Below are positions 49,039-60,909 of a stretch of DNA of 64,000 nucleotides, one piece after another. This stretch comes from Mobula hypostoma. Its lineage: Eukaryota. Below the pieces are notes generated by a model. The model worked only from the letters and a program-made list of their open reading frames with translations, was not told the origin of the DNA and did no database searches. The first letter of the stretch is position 1. Each line of letters opens with the position of its first letter. The translations under genes were made by a program, and so were the position numbers. Location: NCBI RefSeq assembly GCF_963921235.1, contig NC_086097.1:212724001-212788000 (forward strand). The letters run 5' to 3'.

Positions 49039-51344
49039 TTTTAAGTTGTTTCTAAAAATTTCCACCCTTGCCTATTGATCAATTTAATCTACTACATTCA
49101 TATGAAGCTCCTTGGGATGTTTGCCACATTGAAAGAGTTATGCTAATTGTGGTTATTGTTGTCACTATCAATTGGCAAGCTCATTTCTGTGTTTGACAGC
49201 TAGTCAAATTGCAAGCCTACTTTAGCATATATTTTGCATGTATGGAAAGCCTAATGAAGTGAGGCAATTGCTCCTGTAGTAAAGAAAATAGCATAGGCTA
49301 CCTCCAGACTTCAGATGTGACTATGTCAGGCAAATATTCAGATTTTAAAACACCATTAAAACAAAGATAGATTCGTTCACTTCAACCACTCCTCCCCCAC
49401 CCCACTCCTTCACCCAGAGTACAATTTTTGTAATATACATTCTTGAGCATTTTATACTCCTACCAATCAGACAAAAAATGCTCTACTAATATGCAGTCAC
49501 TGTACATAGGATATAGTTGATATTTTACCGCATTTGTAAAGATTTATCGATTTGATTTTTAATATTGTAGAGGGGATAGGGTAATTATTTTCATTTGGAA
49601 ATTATTCCAATTGGTGACGAATTACAGTAATGGTTAAGTAGAATCCTGCTCTTCAAAATGTTCATGTAATTCATTCAAAACAGAAGAATCAGTGATTTTT
49701 CAGCAATATGCTTATGTATATCCTCCAGTTTTATCTTCCAAATCTGCTTGTTCAGTAATTTATTTGATTAATTTAACAGAACATTAATTGAAACGGGAAC
49801 ATGATTCTCCAACATTACCAAATTGAAATCACAGGTGTGAAATATATACCTAGTATTTCTACAAAAAAAGTCTCTCAATGTACAGTATAACATCTGAAGG
49901 TATCATTCAGTGGTGTCTGTGTTTCCAGATCAGTGATAATACTTCCTTCTCCAAAATTATGAAAGGAACTCTTTCTATGACTTTTTAATTCTTATTGAAT
50001 GGTTAAAGAATACAAAGACTAAAGTATTCCAACAGTTTGGGGAGTTAGGTATGTAAAGAAAAATGCTCTTCCTTGTAATTGATTGTTCCATAATATAGTT
50101 TGCATTCCAAAGCTATTTAATTCCAAACAAACTTTAAACAAGGCCAGCAAAACTAAAACACACTTTGTATGGACTGATCTGTATGTTTAATTTTGTTTTT
50201 CAAATGTGGTGAAGGCCAGATTTATTGGTATTTTTTTGTGTGTGTCTAAAATTGTGGCTTGCCTTCTTGAATTAATAGACTCCTTATCATGATGGCGCTT
50301 GTTATATAATTCCAGGTTTTTCACAGTGACAATACAAAATGATAGTACAGTATAAAATTTTGAGCTCAAGAATGAAAACAGAATTCGGTTAATACTCAGT
50401 AGGCCAGGCACTGAGAGAAGAAGAGTCAATGTTTTAGGTAAAAGAAGTTCCATTTAAATTGAGTGTTCTAATACAAGCAAGACATCCATATTTCCTCATT
50501 CTTTTTGGGAACTGAGAATCTGTTCTAAAATAAACCAGCAAGTTTGCATCATTGGATGCATCATATTTACTGTTAAAGCTTGCTTACTGAGGAGAATCGA
50601 TATTAAGTTCACTGCAGTGAACAGTTAAACTTGGTATCACACTACTAATTTGAACTTTATAGTTGGTGAAATGAAACATTCTGCCTCTAACATTTTTAAG
50701 TAGCCATTGTGTTGATGTGGGTAGTCAAAAACTAATCAGTGGAAGTCTTAGCCATTGGAAGTTATGGAGAGGTGACTGATTTATTTCTGTCATTGTAAAT
50801 AGTCAAAGGTAGAACCTTGAGATAGAAAAATAACAAGAGTAACTTTAGTCTCACTTAACCTAAGTAAAACACACAGAACTCAAGTATGGCTCAATTGAAC
50901 CTTGCAGATTACTTTATAATTGCTTCTTTGGTATATATGCTTCTAAATTAACATGAAGCAGATTAGGATGTGCTGGGATATGAAAAACTCTCATACAAAT
51001 GTATGTTCTTCTTTCCTTTTCATTACTTTCTATCCATTTATAGAGAAGTTCTGCCAAAGCACATTGCTGTGCTGCCAAAGCTGTGGATGGGGTGGTGACT
51101 TTGTTGCGCCCCCAGCCAACGTCCATCATAGAGTTTAGTCAGTAAATAGCACGAATGCCTTGATTCAATGCTCCATCCCTTTGAAGAAGATATCCTGATC
51201 ATTGTTAATTTGGCTTAGCTCAGGAACTAAGAATAAAGAACCAAACATCAGTAGCAACAATGTGCTGTTTTACGATTTGCTCTTGTCTGCTTGCCCTTTG
51301 CATTACATTATTTATATATTTCCTAAATCAAATATTTTGTCCTA

Positions 51345-51629
51345 TTTATTTATTGAGATACCATGTGGAATCAACCCTTCTGGCCTTAGAGCTGCGCCAC
51401 CTGGTAATCTCCCGATATAATCCTAGCCGAAACACAGGACAATTTACAATGACCAATTAACCTACCGGTATGGCTTTCAACTGTAGAAGGAAACAGGAGC
51501 ACCCAGGGGAAACCCACGCGATCACAGGGGAGAACGTACAAACTCCTTACAGGTAGCTGAAGGAATTGAACCCGGGTCACCAATGCAGTAAAACGTCAGG
51601 CTAACTATTACACTACCGTGCCGCCCCAT
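51345..51629 (-). mobile_element. tRNA-derived SINE (HE1/V-SINE-like)
   Basis: Minus strand has head GGGGCGGCACGGTAG, B box GGGTTCAATTCC and core GGGTTTCCCCTGGGTGCTCC; homologous to 53038-53315. Confidence 0.82.
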
Positions 51630-53037
51630 AATATCCATAGTTTTATTATACAATGTATTCCTGAGGGGCTGAGTGACCTCCATGTGCTCGTCATTCATGT
51701 GGTTGTATGTTCCTATGTGCTGGTGTAGTGGAGCAGGATTTCGGCGGGTTCAAGGGCACGCAGCTCAGTGCTGAGAGCCAAAGTGACAAAGGCAGCCGCC
51801 TGAATTTTGCTTAGTACTCAGCCACTGGCTGCTGGCAGTGCAATCCAATGGAAGTGAGAGCTGATGTCCAAATCCAACCAGTCATGTGCACAGCAGGCTG
51901 TGCTTTGCATTGCTCCTACACTTTCTCTCAATGTCCAGCCACTCTGTCTTGTGCTCTATTCCAAGATTCACCTGTACAGGAAAAATTAATGCACCAAAAT
52001 AACATTATTATGTTCAGCATTTCTAACTGGTTGGGAGCCAGACTACATTAATTTACAAATATTACTCAACAATCATTAATTAGTGCTTCTGCACAAGATA
52101 ATGTAGGTTTTTCCATTGACTACTAATGGCTTTTAAATATTATGAAGTATTTTTAAATTCTGCATGGTAATTGTCTTCCATTCTACATTAGCACTAGACT
52201 AAAATAAATGCAAATGTTTAAAATCTGAAAATTACTGAAAGTGCATGGCTAGTTCTTCAGCAGCTGAAATGGAAAAGATGGCTAAATACTAATAGGTAGA
52301 TCAAATAAAACATCTTATTGCAGTGCTGACAAATTTAATCAGGTCTCAACAGAGTTCGTACCACAGGAATTAAAATATACTTTTTGCACTGATTAATTTG
52401 TCAAACAACATCAGTTGCATAAATTGCTGATTAATTAAACAACATCAGTTGCATAAATTACAATGTGAATGTTACTCAGACTATGGCAAATTGCATATCT
52501 ATTTCCCCTGATGCAAAAGTCTGGCAGGAATTGTAGAAGTGCAAAACAGTTTGAGAAAATACAGAAGAAATATAATACTTTACAATGTCTTAAGGCAAGT
52601 ATAAAGTTCCCACTAACTGTCTATTATGTATTTCCTAGCTTGGCAGGGGCAAATACTGTAGGTCATCAGCTACCAGAAGAGCACACAATGGGGACGAGGG
52701 AGAGGGTTAACACTCCCTGAGACTGGTATCATTCATTGCTGTCCAAAGTAGATTACTACTGTCACAAAGCCATCGTAAATGCGGCCTCCCCAAAGTGCTG
52801 CATGGATGAACAATGAAAATCACCAGCAGTTGCAATTTTGAATTTGATTGTCAGAATCACCCATGATTTTTCATAGACAGAATTATTTGGTTCATCAAGC
52901 CTGTTCCTCACACTTAATAGAGTGTTATGATGAACTTCAAAATTCACAATTCCAGAGATTATTGTTGAAACCCTGACCAATTTCATACCACAAACACATC
53001 AGGGCTATGACTGGTTTTCCACAGAATCTGGCACTTT

Positions 53038-53315
53038 GGGCGACACAGTAGCATAGTGGTTAGCATAACGCTTTACATTACAGGTGATCCGGGTTCAATT
53101 CCTGCCAATACCTGTAAGGAGTTCGTATGTTCTCCCTGTGACCTCATGGGTTTCCTCTGGGTGCTCCGGTTTCCTCCCACAGTCCAAAGACATACCGGTT
53201 GGTAGGTTAATTGGTCATTGTAAATTGTCCTGTGACTAGGCCCAGGTTAAACTGAGGGATTTACTGGGCAGCCAAAAGAGCCTACTCTGCTGTATCTCAA
53301 TAACAATAATAATAA
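53038..53315 (+). mobile_element. tRNA-derived SINE (HE1/V-SINE-like)
   Basis: A box TAGCATAGTGG, B box GGTTCAATTCC, core GGGTTTCCTCTGGGTGCTCCGGTTTCCTCCCAC and an (AAT)n tail. Confidence 0.85.
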
Positions 53316-53339
53316 TATATACTATCATAAGCCTGTTCA

Positions 53340-53600
53340 AGGTAGCTGCTACCTGTAGCAACCGTGTTAACATCGAGGGATGTGTGGATACTGTGACCAG
53401 CTACATAGAGAAGTGTACTGAGGATGTTACCATCATGAAGCACACCCAGGTGAGGGCAAGTCAGAAGCCGTGGTTTACTGCAGAGGACCGTGCCAGGCTG
53501 AGGGTTTGTGATGCTGCCTTTAGATCGGGAGATGCGACAGTTCTCAGGGAAGCAAGAACTGTGCTTCTCAGCTCTACCAGGAAGGTGAAATGGCATAGGT
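53340..53600 (+). mobile_element. Rex1/Babar LINE internal fragment
   Basis: DTVTSYIEKC...QKPWFT...DAAFRSGD is typical of the Rex1 endonuclease-RT linker. Confidence 0.7.
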
Positions 53601-53706
53601 GATGGGTGAAATAGACTTTCTGCTTACCTTTATAAGTTATCGTGTGTTATGTGTACTACTGTGCTATACACTCTGGTTCAGAGAAACGTTGTCTCGTTTC
53701 TATATA

Positions 53707-55289
53707 TAGTGCCTATAAAAGGTATTCACCACTCTGCCCACCACCCCTCCCCCCCAGAAGTTTTCATGTTTTATTGTTTTACAACATTGAATCACAGTGG
53801 GTTTAATTTGACATTTTTGACATTGATCAACAGAAACATACTCTTTCGTGTCAAAGGGAAAACAGATCTCTACAAAGTGATCTAAGTTAATTATAAGTAT
53901 TCACCCCCTTCAAGTTAGTATTCAGTAGATGCACCTTCAGCAGCAATTACTGCCTTGAGTCTATATGGATAGGTCTCTATCAGATTTACCCATTTGGACA
54001 CTGCAATTTTCCCCCATTCTTCTTCACAAAACTGCTCAAGCTTTGGAGATCGTGAGTGAACAGCCTTTTTCAAGTCCATTCACAAATTCTCAATTGGATT
54101 GAGTTCTGGACTCTGACTTGGCCACTCCAGGACATTAACTTTGTTGTTTTTATGCCATTCCTGTGTAACTTTGGCTTTATGCTTGAAGTCATTGTCCTGC
54201 TGGAAAACAAATCTTCTCCCAAGTCGGAGTTCACTTGCAGAATGCATTCGGTTTTCCTCCAGGATTCCCCTGCATTTTGCTGCATTCATTTTACCATTTA
54301 CTTTCACAAGCCTTCCAGGGCCTGCTGCAGTGAAGCACCCCACAGCATGATGCAGCCACCACCATGCTTCACAATAGGGATGCTGTGTTTTTGATGATGT
54401 GCAGTGCTTAGCTTACATCAAACATAGCATTTAATCTGATGGCCTAAAAGCTCAATTCTGGTTTCATCAGAACATAGAACCTTCTTCCAGTTGACTTCAG
54501 AAACTCTCACATGCCTTCTGGAAAACTCTAGCTGAGATTTCATGTGAGTTTTTTTTCCCTTTGCCACTCTTCCATTTAATTGCAATTGGTGAAGCACCCA
54601 GGCAACAATTGTATGTGCAGTCTGTCCCACCTCAGCCTCTGAAACCTGTAACTTCCCCAGAGTTGACATAGGTCTCTTGGTAGCCTTCGTCAATAGTCCC
54701 CTTCTTGCACGGTCACTCAGTTTTTGAGGGAACCCTGCTCTAGGCAGATTTACAGCTGTGGCATATTCTTTCCATTTCTTGATGGTTGACTTAACTGCAC
54801 TCCAAGTGATACTCAGTGACTTAGAAATTTTCTCATACCCATCTCCTGACTTGTGCTTTACAATAACCTTTTCACCGAGTTGCTTGGGGCATTCTTCTGT
54901 CTTCAGGTGTAGGATACTGACTCATCAGCAGTTGGACCTTCCAGATATAGGTGTATTTTTACTACAATCAGTTGAAACACCTTGAATGGACATGATGATC
55001 TCCATTTAACTAATTATATGACTTCTAAAACCAATTGGAAGTACCAGTGATGATTTGATGTGTAATAGTCAAGAGGGTGAACACTTATGCAATCAATTAT
55101 TTTGTGTTTTATATTTGTAATTAATTTAGATCACTTTGTAGAGATCTCTTTTCACTTTGACATGAAAGAATCTTTTTCTATTGATCAGTGTCAAAAAGGC
55201 CAAATTAATCCATCCTGATTCAATGTTGTAAAACAATAAAACACGAAAACTTCCGGTGGGGGGGGGGTGAATACTTTTTACAAGCACAG
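53707..55289 (-). mobile_element. Tc1-like DNA transposon with long IR/DR-type terminal inverted repeats; decayed transposase
   Basis: ~210-bp TIRs (AGTGCCTATAAAAGGTATTCACC.../...GGTGAATACTTTTTACAAGCAC) with an inner repeat AAGTATTCACCCCC; TA on the left flank. Confidence 0.9.
53960..54900 (-). pseudogene. Tc1 DD34E transposase, disrupted
   Basis: [38 protein letters not shown] and LEWPSQSPELNPIENL. Confidence 0.88.
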
Positions 55290-55321
55290 GACATTATATG
55301 GTTATTTACATTATATACATG

Positions 55322-55881
55322 TGTTCATCCATCGTCAACGTCGATGAAGACCTCGACACCATTATGATGGTGTCAAGACTAGCGCGTGATTTGGATTTAA
55401 GTGAGGGAGAGTTGCACAGCGTCAGCCTCACTCTCTCTTCCCAATTCCAATCTGGATCCAGTGGCAAGACAGAGTCGAGATGGCTGGAGATGGGACGAGG
55501 CGCAGTGGATGACCAGGAAGTCTTCTGTGTCTTGTCCTGCTCTACACGTTCCACGATGCTTGCAGAGACCGCCTCCTTGACCGTTGGACCTTCCATTGGT
55601 CTTGTCTGCTCAATCTGCCGGAGTCTGTCTTCACATGCTGGGATAGACAACTCCCTGTCACACCGAGGGTTTGAGACCCGTCGGCTACCCTCACCTGGTT
55701 TGGCCGGCTTGTCGAAGCTGTTGCCCGGGGTGTGGCCGCTGTCGCATGCAAACAGCTACGGGGAGCCACAGGTGAGAGCTGTGTGCCAGGTGGGGACCAA
55801 AGGTGGACTAACTGCCTTGAAAAGGACACGACATGTTCCCCCACCAGAGGTGCTACCCCTCCCTGACACCCCATACACCCC
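55322..55881 (-). mobile_element. Non-coding GC-rich retroposon, probably a non-autonomous RTE-related element
   Basis: Sharp GC-rich island. The minus strand starts GGGGTGTCAGGGAGGGGGTAGCACCTCTGG and ends ...TCACTTAAATCCAAATC...GATGGATGAACA, recalling RTE 5' UTR/RTESINE-type sequence (from memory, unverified). Confidence 0.5.
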
Positions 55882-56061
55882 TAATGACAATAAACTTCAC
55901 TTGACTTGGCAGAGCTTTGTCTTAAACATTCATTGCTCTACATTTTTGACAAAGTATTAATTCATAAAGGCATGACAACTGTCATTGGAAGACTTAGTTA
56001 TGGCTATATTTTGTTCCTTAAAAATAATTAAGCCAGTTCAGGTTATATCAAATAATGGTTA

Positions 56062-57515
56062 GAATGCATCCCTCAGCTACGTGGAGTACTTCGCCATGTC
56101 TTCAACCTGAGCCTGAGGCTCCGGAGGGTTCCTGTACTGTGGAAGACGTCCGGCCTCGTCCCTGTGCTGAAGACACCGCGCCCCAGCAGCCTCAATGACT
56201 ACAGACCGGTGGCATTGACCTCCCACGTCATGAAGACCCTGGAGAGACTTGTTCTGGAGCTGCTCCGGCCTATGGTTAGGCCACACTTAGATCCCCTCCA
56301 GTTCGCCTACCAGCCCCGACTAGGAGTTGCGGATGCCATCGTCTACCTGCTGAACCGTGTCTACGCCCACCTGGACAAGCCAGTGGGCACTGTGAGGGTC
56401 ATGTTTTTTGACTTCTCCAGTGCGTTCAACACCATCCGTCCTGCTCTGCTGAGGGAGAAGCTGACAGCGATGCAGGTGGATGCTTCCCTGGTATCATGGA
56501 TTCTTGATTACCTGACTGGCAGACCACAGTATGTGTGCTTGCAACACTGTGTGTCCGACAGAGTGATCAGCAGCACTGGGGCTCCACGGGGGACTGGCTT
56601 GTCTCTCTTTCTCTTCACCATTTACACCTCGGACTTCAACTACTGCACAGAGTCTTGTCATCTTCAGAACTCTGCCATAGTTGGATGCATCAGCAGGGGA
56701 GATGAGGCTGAGTACAGGGCTACGGTAGGAAACTTTGTCACACATGGTGTGAGCAGAATTATCTGCAGCTTAATGGAAAAAGACTAAGGAGCTGGTCATA
56801 GACCTGAGGAGATCTAAGGTACCGGTGACCGCTGTTTCCATCCAGGGGGTCAGTGTGGACATGGTGGAGGATTACAAATACCTGGGGATACGAATTGACA
56901 ATAAACTGGACTGGTCAAAGAACACTGAGGCTGTCTACAAGAAAGGTCAGAGCCGTCTCTATTTCCTGAGGAGACTGAGGTCCTTTAACATCTGCCAGAC
57001 GATGCTGAGGATGTTCTATGAGTCTGTGGTGGCCAGTGCGATCATGTTTGCTGTTGTGTGCTGGGGCAGCAGGCTGGGGGTGGCAGACACCAACAGAATC
57101 AACAAACTCATTCGTAAGGCCAGTGATGTTGTGGGGATGGAACTGGACTCTCTGACGGTGCTGTCTGAAAAGAGGATGCTGTCCAAGTTGCATGACATCT
57201 TGGACAATGTCTCCCATCTACTACATAATGTACTGGTTGGGCACAGGAGTACATTCAGCCAGAGACTCATTCCACAGAGATGCAGCACAGAGCATCATAG
57301 GAAGTCATTCCTGCCTGTGGCCATCAAACTTTACAACTTCTCCCTTGGAGGGTCAGACACCCTGAGCCAATAGGCCGGTCCTGGACTTATTTCCTGGCAT
57401 AATTTACATATTACTATTTAATTATTTATGGTTTTATTACTATTTAATTATTTATGGTGCAACTGTAATGAAAACCAATTTCCCCCGGGATCAATAAAGT
57501 ATGACTATGACTATG
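56062..57515 (+). mobile_element. Rex1/Babar LINE, second family, 5'-truncated
   Basis: [42 protein letters not shown] and YKYLG; tail AATAAAG(TATGAC)n. Confidence 0.92.
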
Positions 57516-57847
57516 AATTGGAAGTCTTTCCATTAAATACAAGCCTCATAAATTTATTTCTCACCAGGCTAGAACATGGTCGTCAATGTGCACCTGTAGC
57601 TCAGGTGAATAACCTAAATACAATACATTTAAAAGCCAATAAACTGACAATAGAGAAAGGTAGTTTGCAGTATTAGATAAAGGCTTTTGAAGGAGGCAAA
57701 TGTAAAGCATAAATGTCAGCATGAACTACCTGGGTTGAGTGTTTCTGTGCTGAACGCTATGTAATTACAGTATCAAAATGCAAAGATTCACACAACCTTT
57801 GAGGGATAATTTTCACTCCGGGCAGAAATGAGAAATGAAACAACCTA

Positions 57848-57969
57848 CATACATCAAAGTTGCTGGTGAACGCAGCAGGCCAAGCAGCATCTATAGAAAG
57901 AGGTGCAGTCGACGTTTCAGGCCAAGACCCTTCGTCAGGACTAACTGAAGGAAGAGTGAGTAAGGGAGT
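57848..57969 (-). mobile_element. 122-bp Penelope-derived insertion with 14-bp TSD
   Basis: AATGAAACAACCTA at 57834-57847 and 57970-57983. The insert is near-identical to the arms of 43581-43805. Confidence 0.85.
57907..57942 (-). ncRNA. Minimal type I hammerhead ribozyme motif with GUC cleavage triplet
   Basis: Minus strand AGTC-CTGACGA-AGG(GTCTTGG)CCT-GAAA-CGTC-GACT. Confidence 0.78.
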
Positions 57970-58599
57970 AATGAAACAACCTAATTTTGTTTCTCTGAAA
58001 CAATAGATGAAACTCATTTTAATGCTTTCTTGAAAAGCGACATCACCAGCAACACACGACTTCCCTAGTAGTGCACTGTTGACTCAATCCGCAGCAAAGC
58101 ACTTGCCTGGTAATTTTTCAGTGTCTGTAAAGGAGGGAATGTTGGTGGGGAGAGGAATGGGTTACTTTGGATTGAGACTCTAAGGAAAGAATCATGCATA
58201 AGGCAGGGCATCTGTCATTGTGTGAAAGAGGTGGACCAATGAATGTGGATGAGGAAAAGTGCTGAGGGAAAAATGTGGGGAAGGAGAAGAGGAATGTACA
58301 GTAGTTGTGACAGGGATTGAAGGATGTTGCTTCTGGTACATTAGAGAGAAGGGGTTAGTATCAAGTGAAACAGCAGCATCAGGGAAAAAGATTGCTGGGT
58401 TGGAGCCGTGGTTAAATGCTGGGATATGAAGGACTGGGGGGTATAAGTAAAGATTAGTCAGATACATGATATCCAGGAGTGGAGCAGGGTTTGACATAGC
58501 AGCAGACCCTAGTGCAGGTAAGGACAGACTGAAGATAGAAGAACATCACAAATTAGGTTCTTAGGTTTGAATTAGTGAGTGAGAAGAGCCTAAGAAGTG

Positions 58600-60909
58600 C
58601 TCTAGCTGTTTGAGGGGTCACAGCTGGGCCGTTGATGACGATGTGCACTTTCTCTGGGTCCATGTTTATGCCTTGGGGTGAAAGGACATAACCCAGGAAG
58701 GAAATGATTGTTGTAGAACTAGCATTTTTCTAACTTTCAGTGCAGTTGTTTTTTGAGAAGATGCTGAAGGACTGAACAGATGTGACAGACGAGGTCTTGT
58801 GGGTCCCTGGAGAAGATGAGGGTGTCATTGAGGGAGATGAACACACTCCTCTGTACCATGTCTCAGTGGATCATATTGATGAAGGCTTAGAACACAACTA
58901 GACTGTTGAAAAGTCCAAGAGGCCTCACCAAGTGTTTGTAGGGGCCAGTAGGTGTTATGAACACTGTCTTCCAGTAATTCCCCTTGCTGATATGGGGTCG
59001 GTTGTACACACACTGGGGATCAGTTTGGTGAAGATATGAACCCTGCAGAGTGTTTCAAATGCGCTATCCATCAAGGGTAGAGGGCAAAAGTTCTTAGTAT
59101 TCATTTTGTTGCGCCACAATAGTCAATGCAGTGACAGAAAACCTATCTTTCTTTTTGACAAAGAAGAATTCTGCACCTGCTGGGGGCCGGGAAATGAAGA
59201 TGTGCTGAAACACTTTGTCGATGTAGTCATTCATGGCTTGGGTCTCGGTGGGGGTGGCGGGGGCGGGTAGAGAAGGAGAATAGACAACCTCGGGGACGGG
59301 TGGTGACCAGGAGGAGATCAATCCCACAGTCGTGTGGTCTATGAGGCACAAGAGGACTGGCTTCCCTTTTACTGAAGGTGGTGGCTAAGTCATGGTATTC
59401 CTGTGGGACAAACAAGAGCAACACACACACACACAATGCTGGAGGAACTCAGCAGGCCAGGCAGCATCTAGGAAAAGACTACAGTCAACCGGATCCTAGT
59501 GGGAGTTTGGTGAGGACAAGGGTTTCCTCCATCTCTACAGATTCACAGGGTGTAGTCAACTGAGGTTGCAGGCAGATGGTTCCCCAGTTTAGCAGAGAAC
59601 CAATGACCAGGCAAAGTGAGAGTCATGAGTAGAGAGCCGGGGGTGGCCCGAGATGAGAGGAGTGTTGAGTGAGTCGATTAGGAGCAATTGGATGGACTTG
59701 CAGTACTCATAAGTTCATGTGCAGAGGCCATGTGTGAACGTTGACCATCCCAGATGCCAGAAATGCAGAAGCGGTGAGAGATAGAGAGTCCAAGCAGTAC
59801 ACAGAGTCTGATCTAGAAAGTTGCCTGTTCTGCCAGAATCCATGAGAGCATCCACTGCACATAGAGCCATTGGTGTGTGGGAGAGGACAGAGAGAGTGAG
59901 TTGGGCTACAGTGCTAGAATGAGGAGCCAGGAGAACTTGCCGGATAGAAGGTACCTCGCCACTACCTGGTGGTCCTGCTTCCCAGACACCGTGGCTTTTG
60001 ATGCGTTAGTGATCAGCGGCTCTGCGGTAGACGCATAAGTTGTTACTCCACCAATGCTTATGATCTTGGTGGGGAGGAGGGGGTTAAAGAAGCTCTCCTA
60101 ACTGGATGGGTTCAGGAGGTGCTGATGATGATCCGAAGGGTTGTTACATGAGACGCTTGTGAACTTGGAAGGCCAGATTGATGAGGCTTTCGAGGTCGAT
60201 GGGCTCAACTTTCAAGCGCTGAGCTGGTAATGGGCCATAGGTGAATTTCACATAGGTATTGCATATGGTGGTTTTATTATCTAAGTTAACGGTGGTCCAG
60301 ATCAGAACTCATCTAGCCAAGAGAGAGATAACAAAGGCAATCTGGCTTAGTCTGTAGAGATGTCTGGAGCTGGAAGTGTAAGGTGCACTGGGACAGGAAG
60401 TTGTGGTATCAGATTGGAGATCTGTCAAAGTGTTCGGGCACCCAAATCCGGTGCTCAGAGGGAAGAGGTTGACTGTCGTGACGTGACTGTATCAAGACGC
60501 AGAGTAGGTTGAGACTGGCAAGCAGATGATCAGTGGTTTCCTGCTGCTTCTGGATCGTGAACTCATGTCGACTGACAACTTCCTTTAGGTGAGCAAACTC
60601 TGCTGGGTCATTCAATAGTTCACTCGTCCTGTCATGAAATGTAGAGGAAGCTTGACTCAAATGTAAATCTGCAGAGATGATTCAGCAATAGACTGCAAAA
60701 GGGGCTACAAAATGAGAGGGAACAGATACTAAACACAACAGGTAGTAAGATAGTTGAAGGCTAGGAGCTGCTGGTTTGAATGAGTGAACAAGGACTGTAG
60801 ATGAAAGCTGGCCTTAAATAGCCTGCAGGTGATGAGTGGGAAATGAGAGGTAGGTGCCTCCTGTTAGCTGGGTGGAGATTGGGAGGTGCCTGCTTCTGCA
60901 GGCCTGACA
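58600..60909 (-). mobile_element. Degraded, 3'-truncated Sushi/chromovirus-like Gypsy element
   Basis: LTR 60630-60909 (TGTCA...TGACA on the minus strand, TATTTAA). Gag DPAE...VPEHFD. Pol VPQEYHDL..FSK...PHRPHDCGIDLL, PAGAEFFFVKKKD and MDPEKV. Confidence 0.8.
59419..59489 (-). mobile_element. Short Penelope-type tail fragment inserted in the Gypsy pol
   Basis: CACACAATGCTGGAGGAACTCAGCAGGCCAGGCAGCATCTAGG resembles the 43618-43680 arm. Confidence 0.6.

Noticed and set aside
52403..52459. AAACAACATCAGTTGCATAAATT repeated with a 34-bp period
   Set aside because: Two-copy slippage duplication; not CRISPR-like or otherwise informative.
53038..53110. tRNA-like A/B boxes
   Set aside because: This is a SINE head followed by a SINE core, not a tRNA gene.
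55298..55960. 220-aa ORF
   Set aside because: Spans the boundaries of a GC-rich repeat and has no domain motif.
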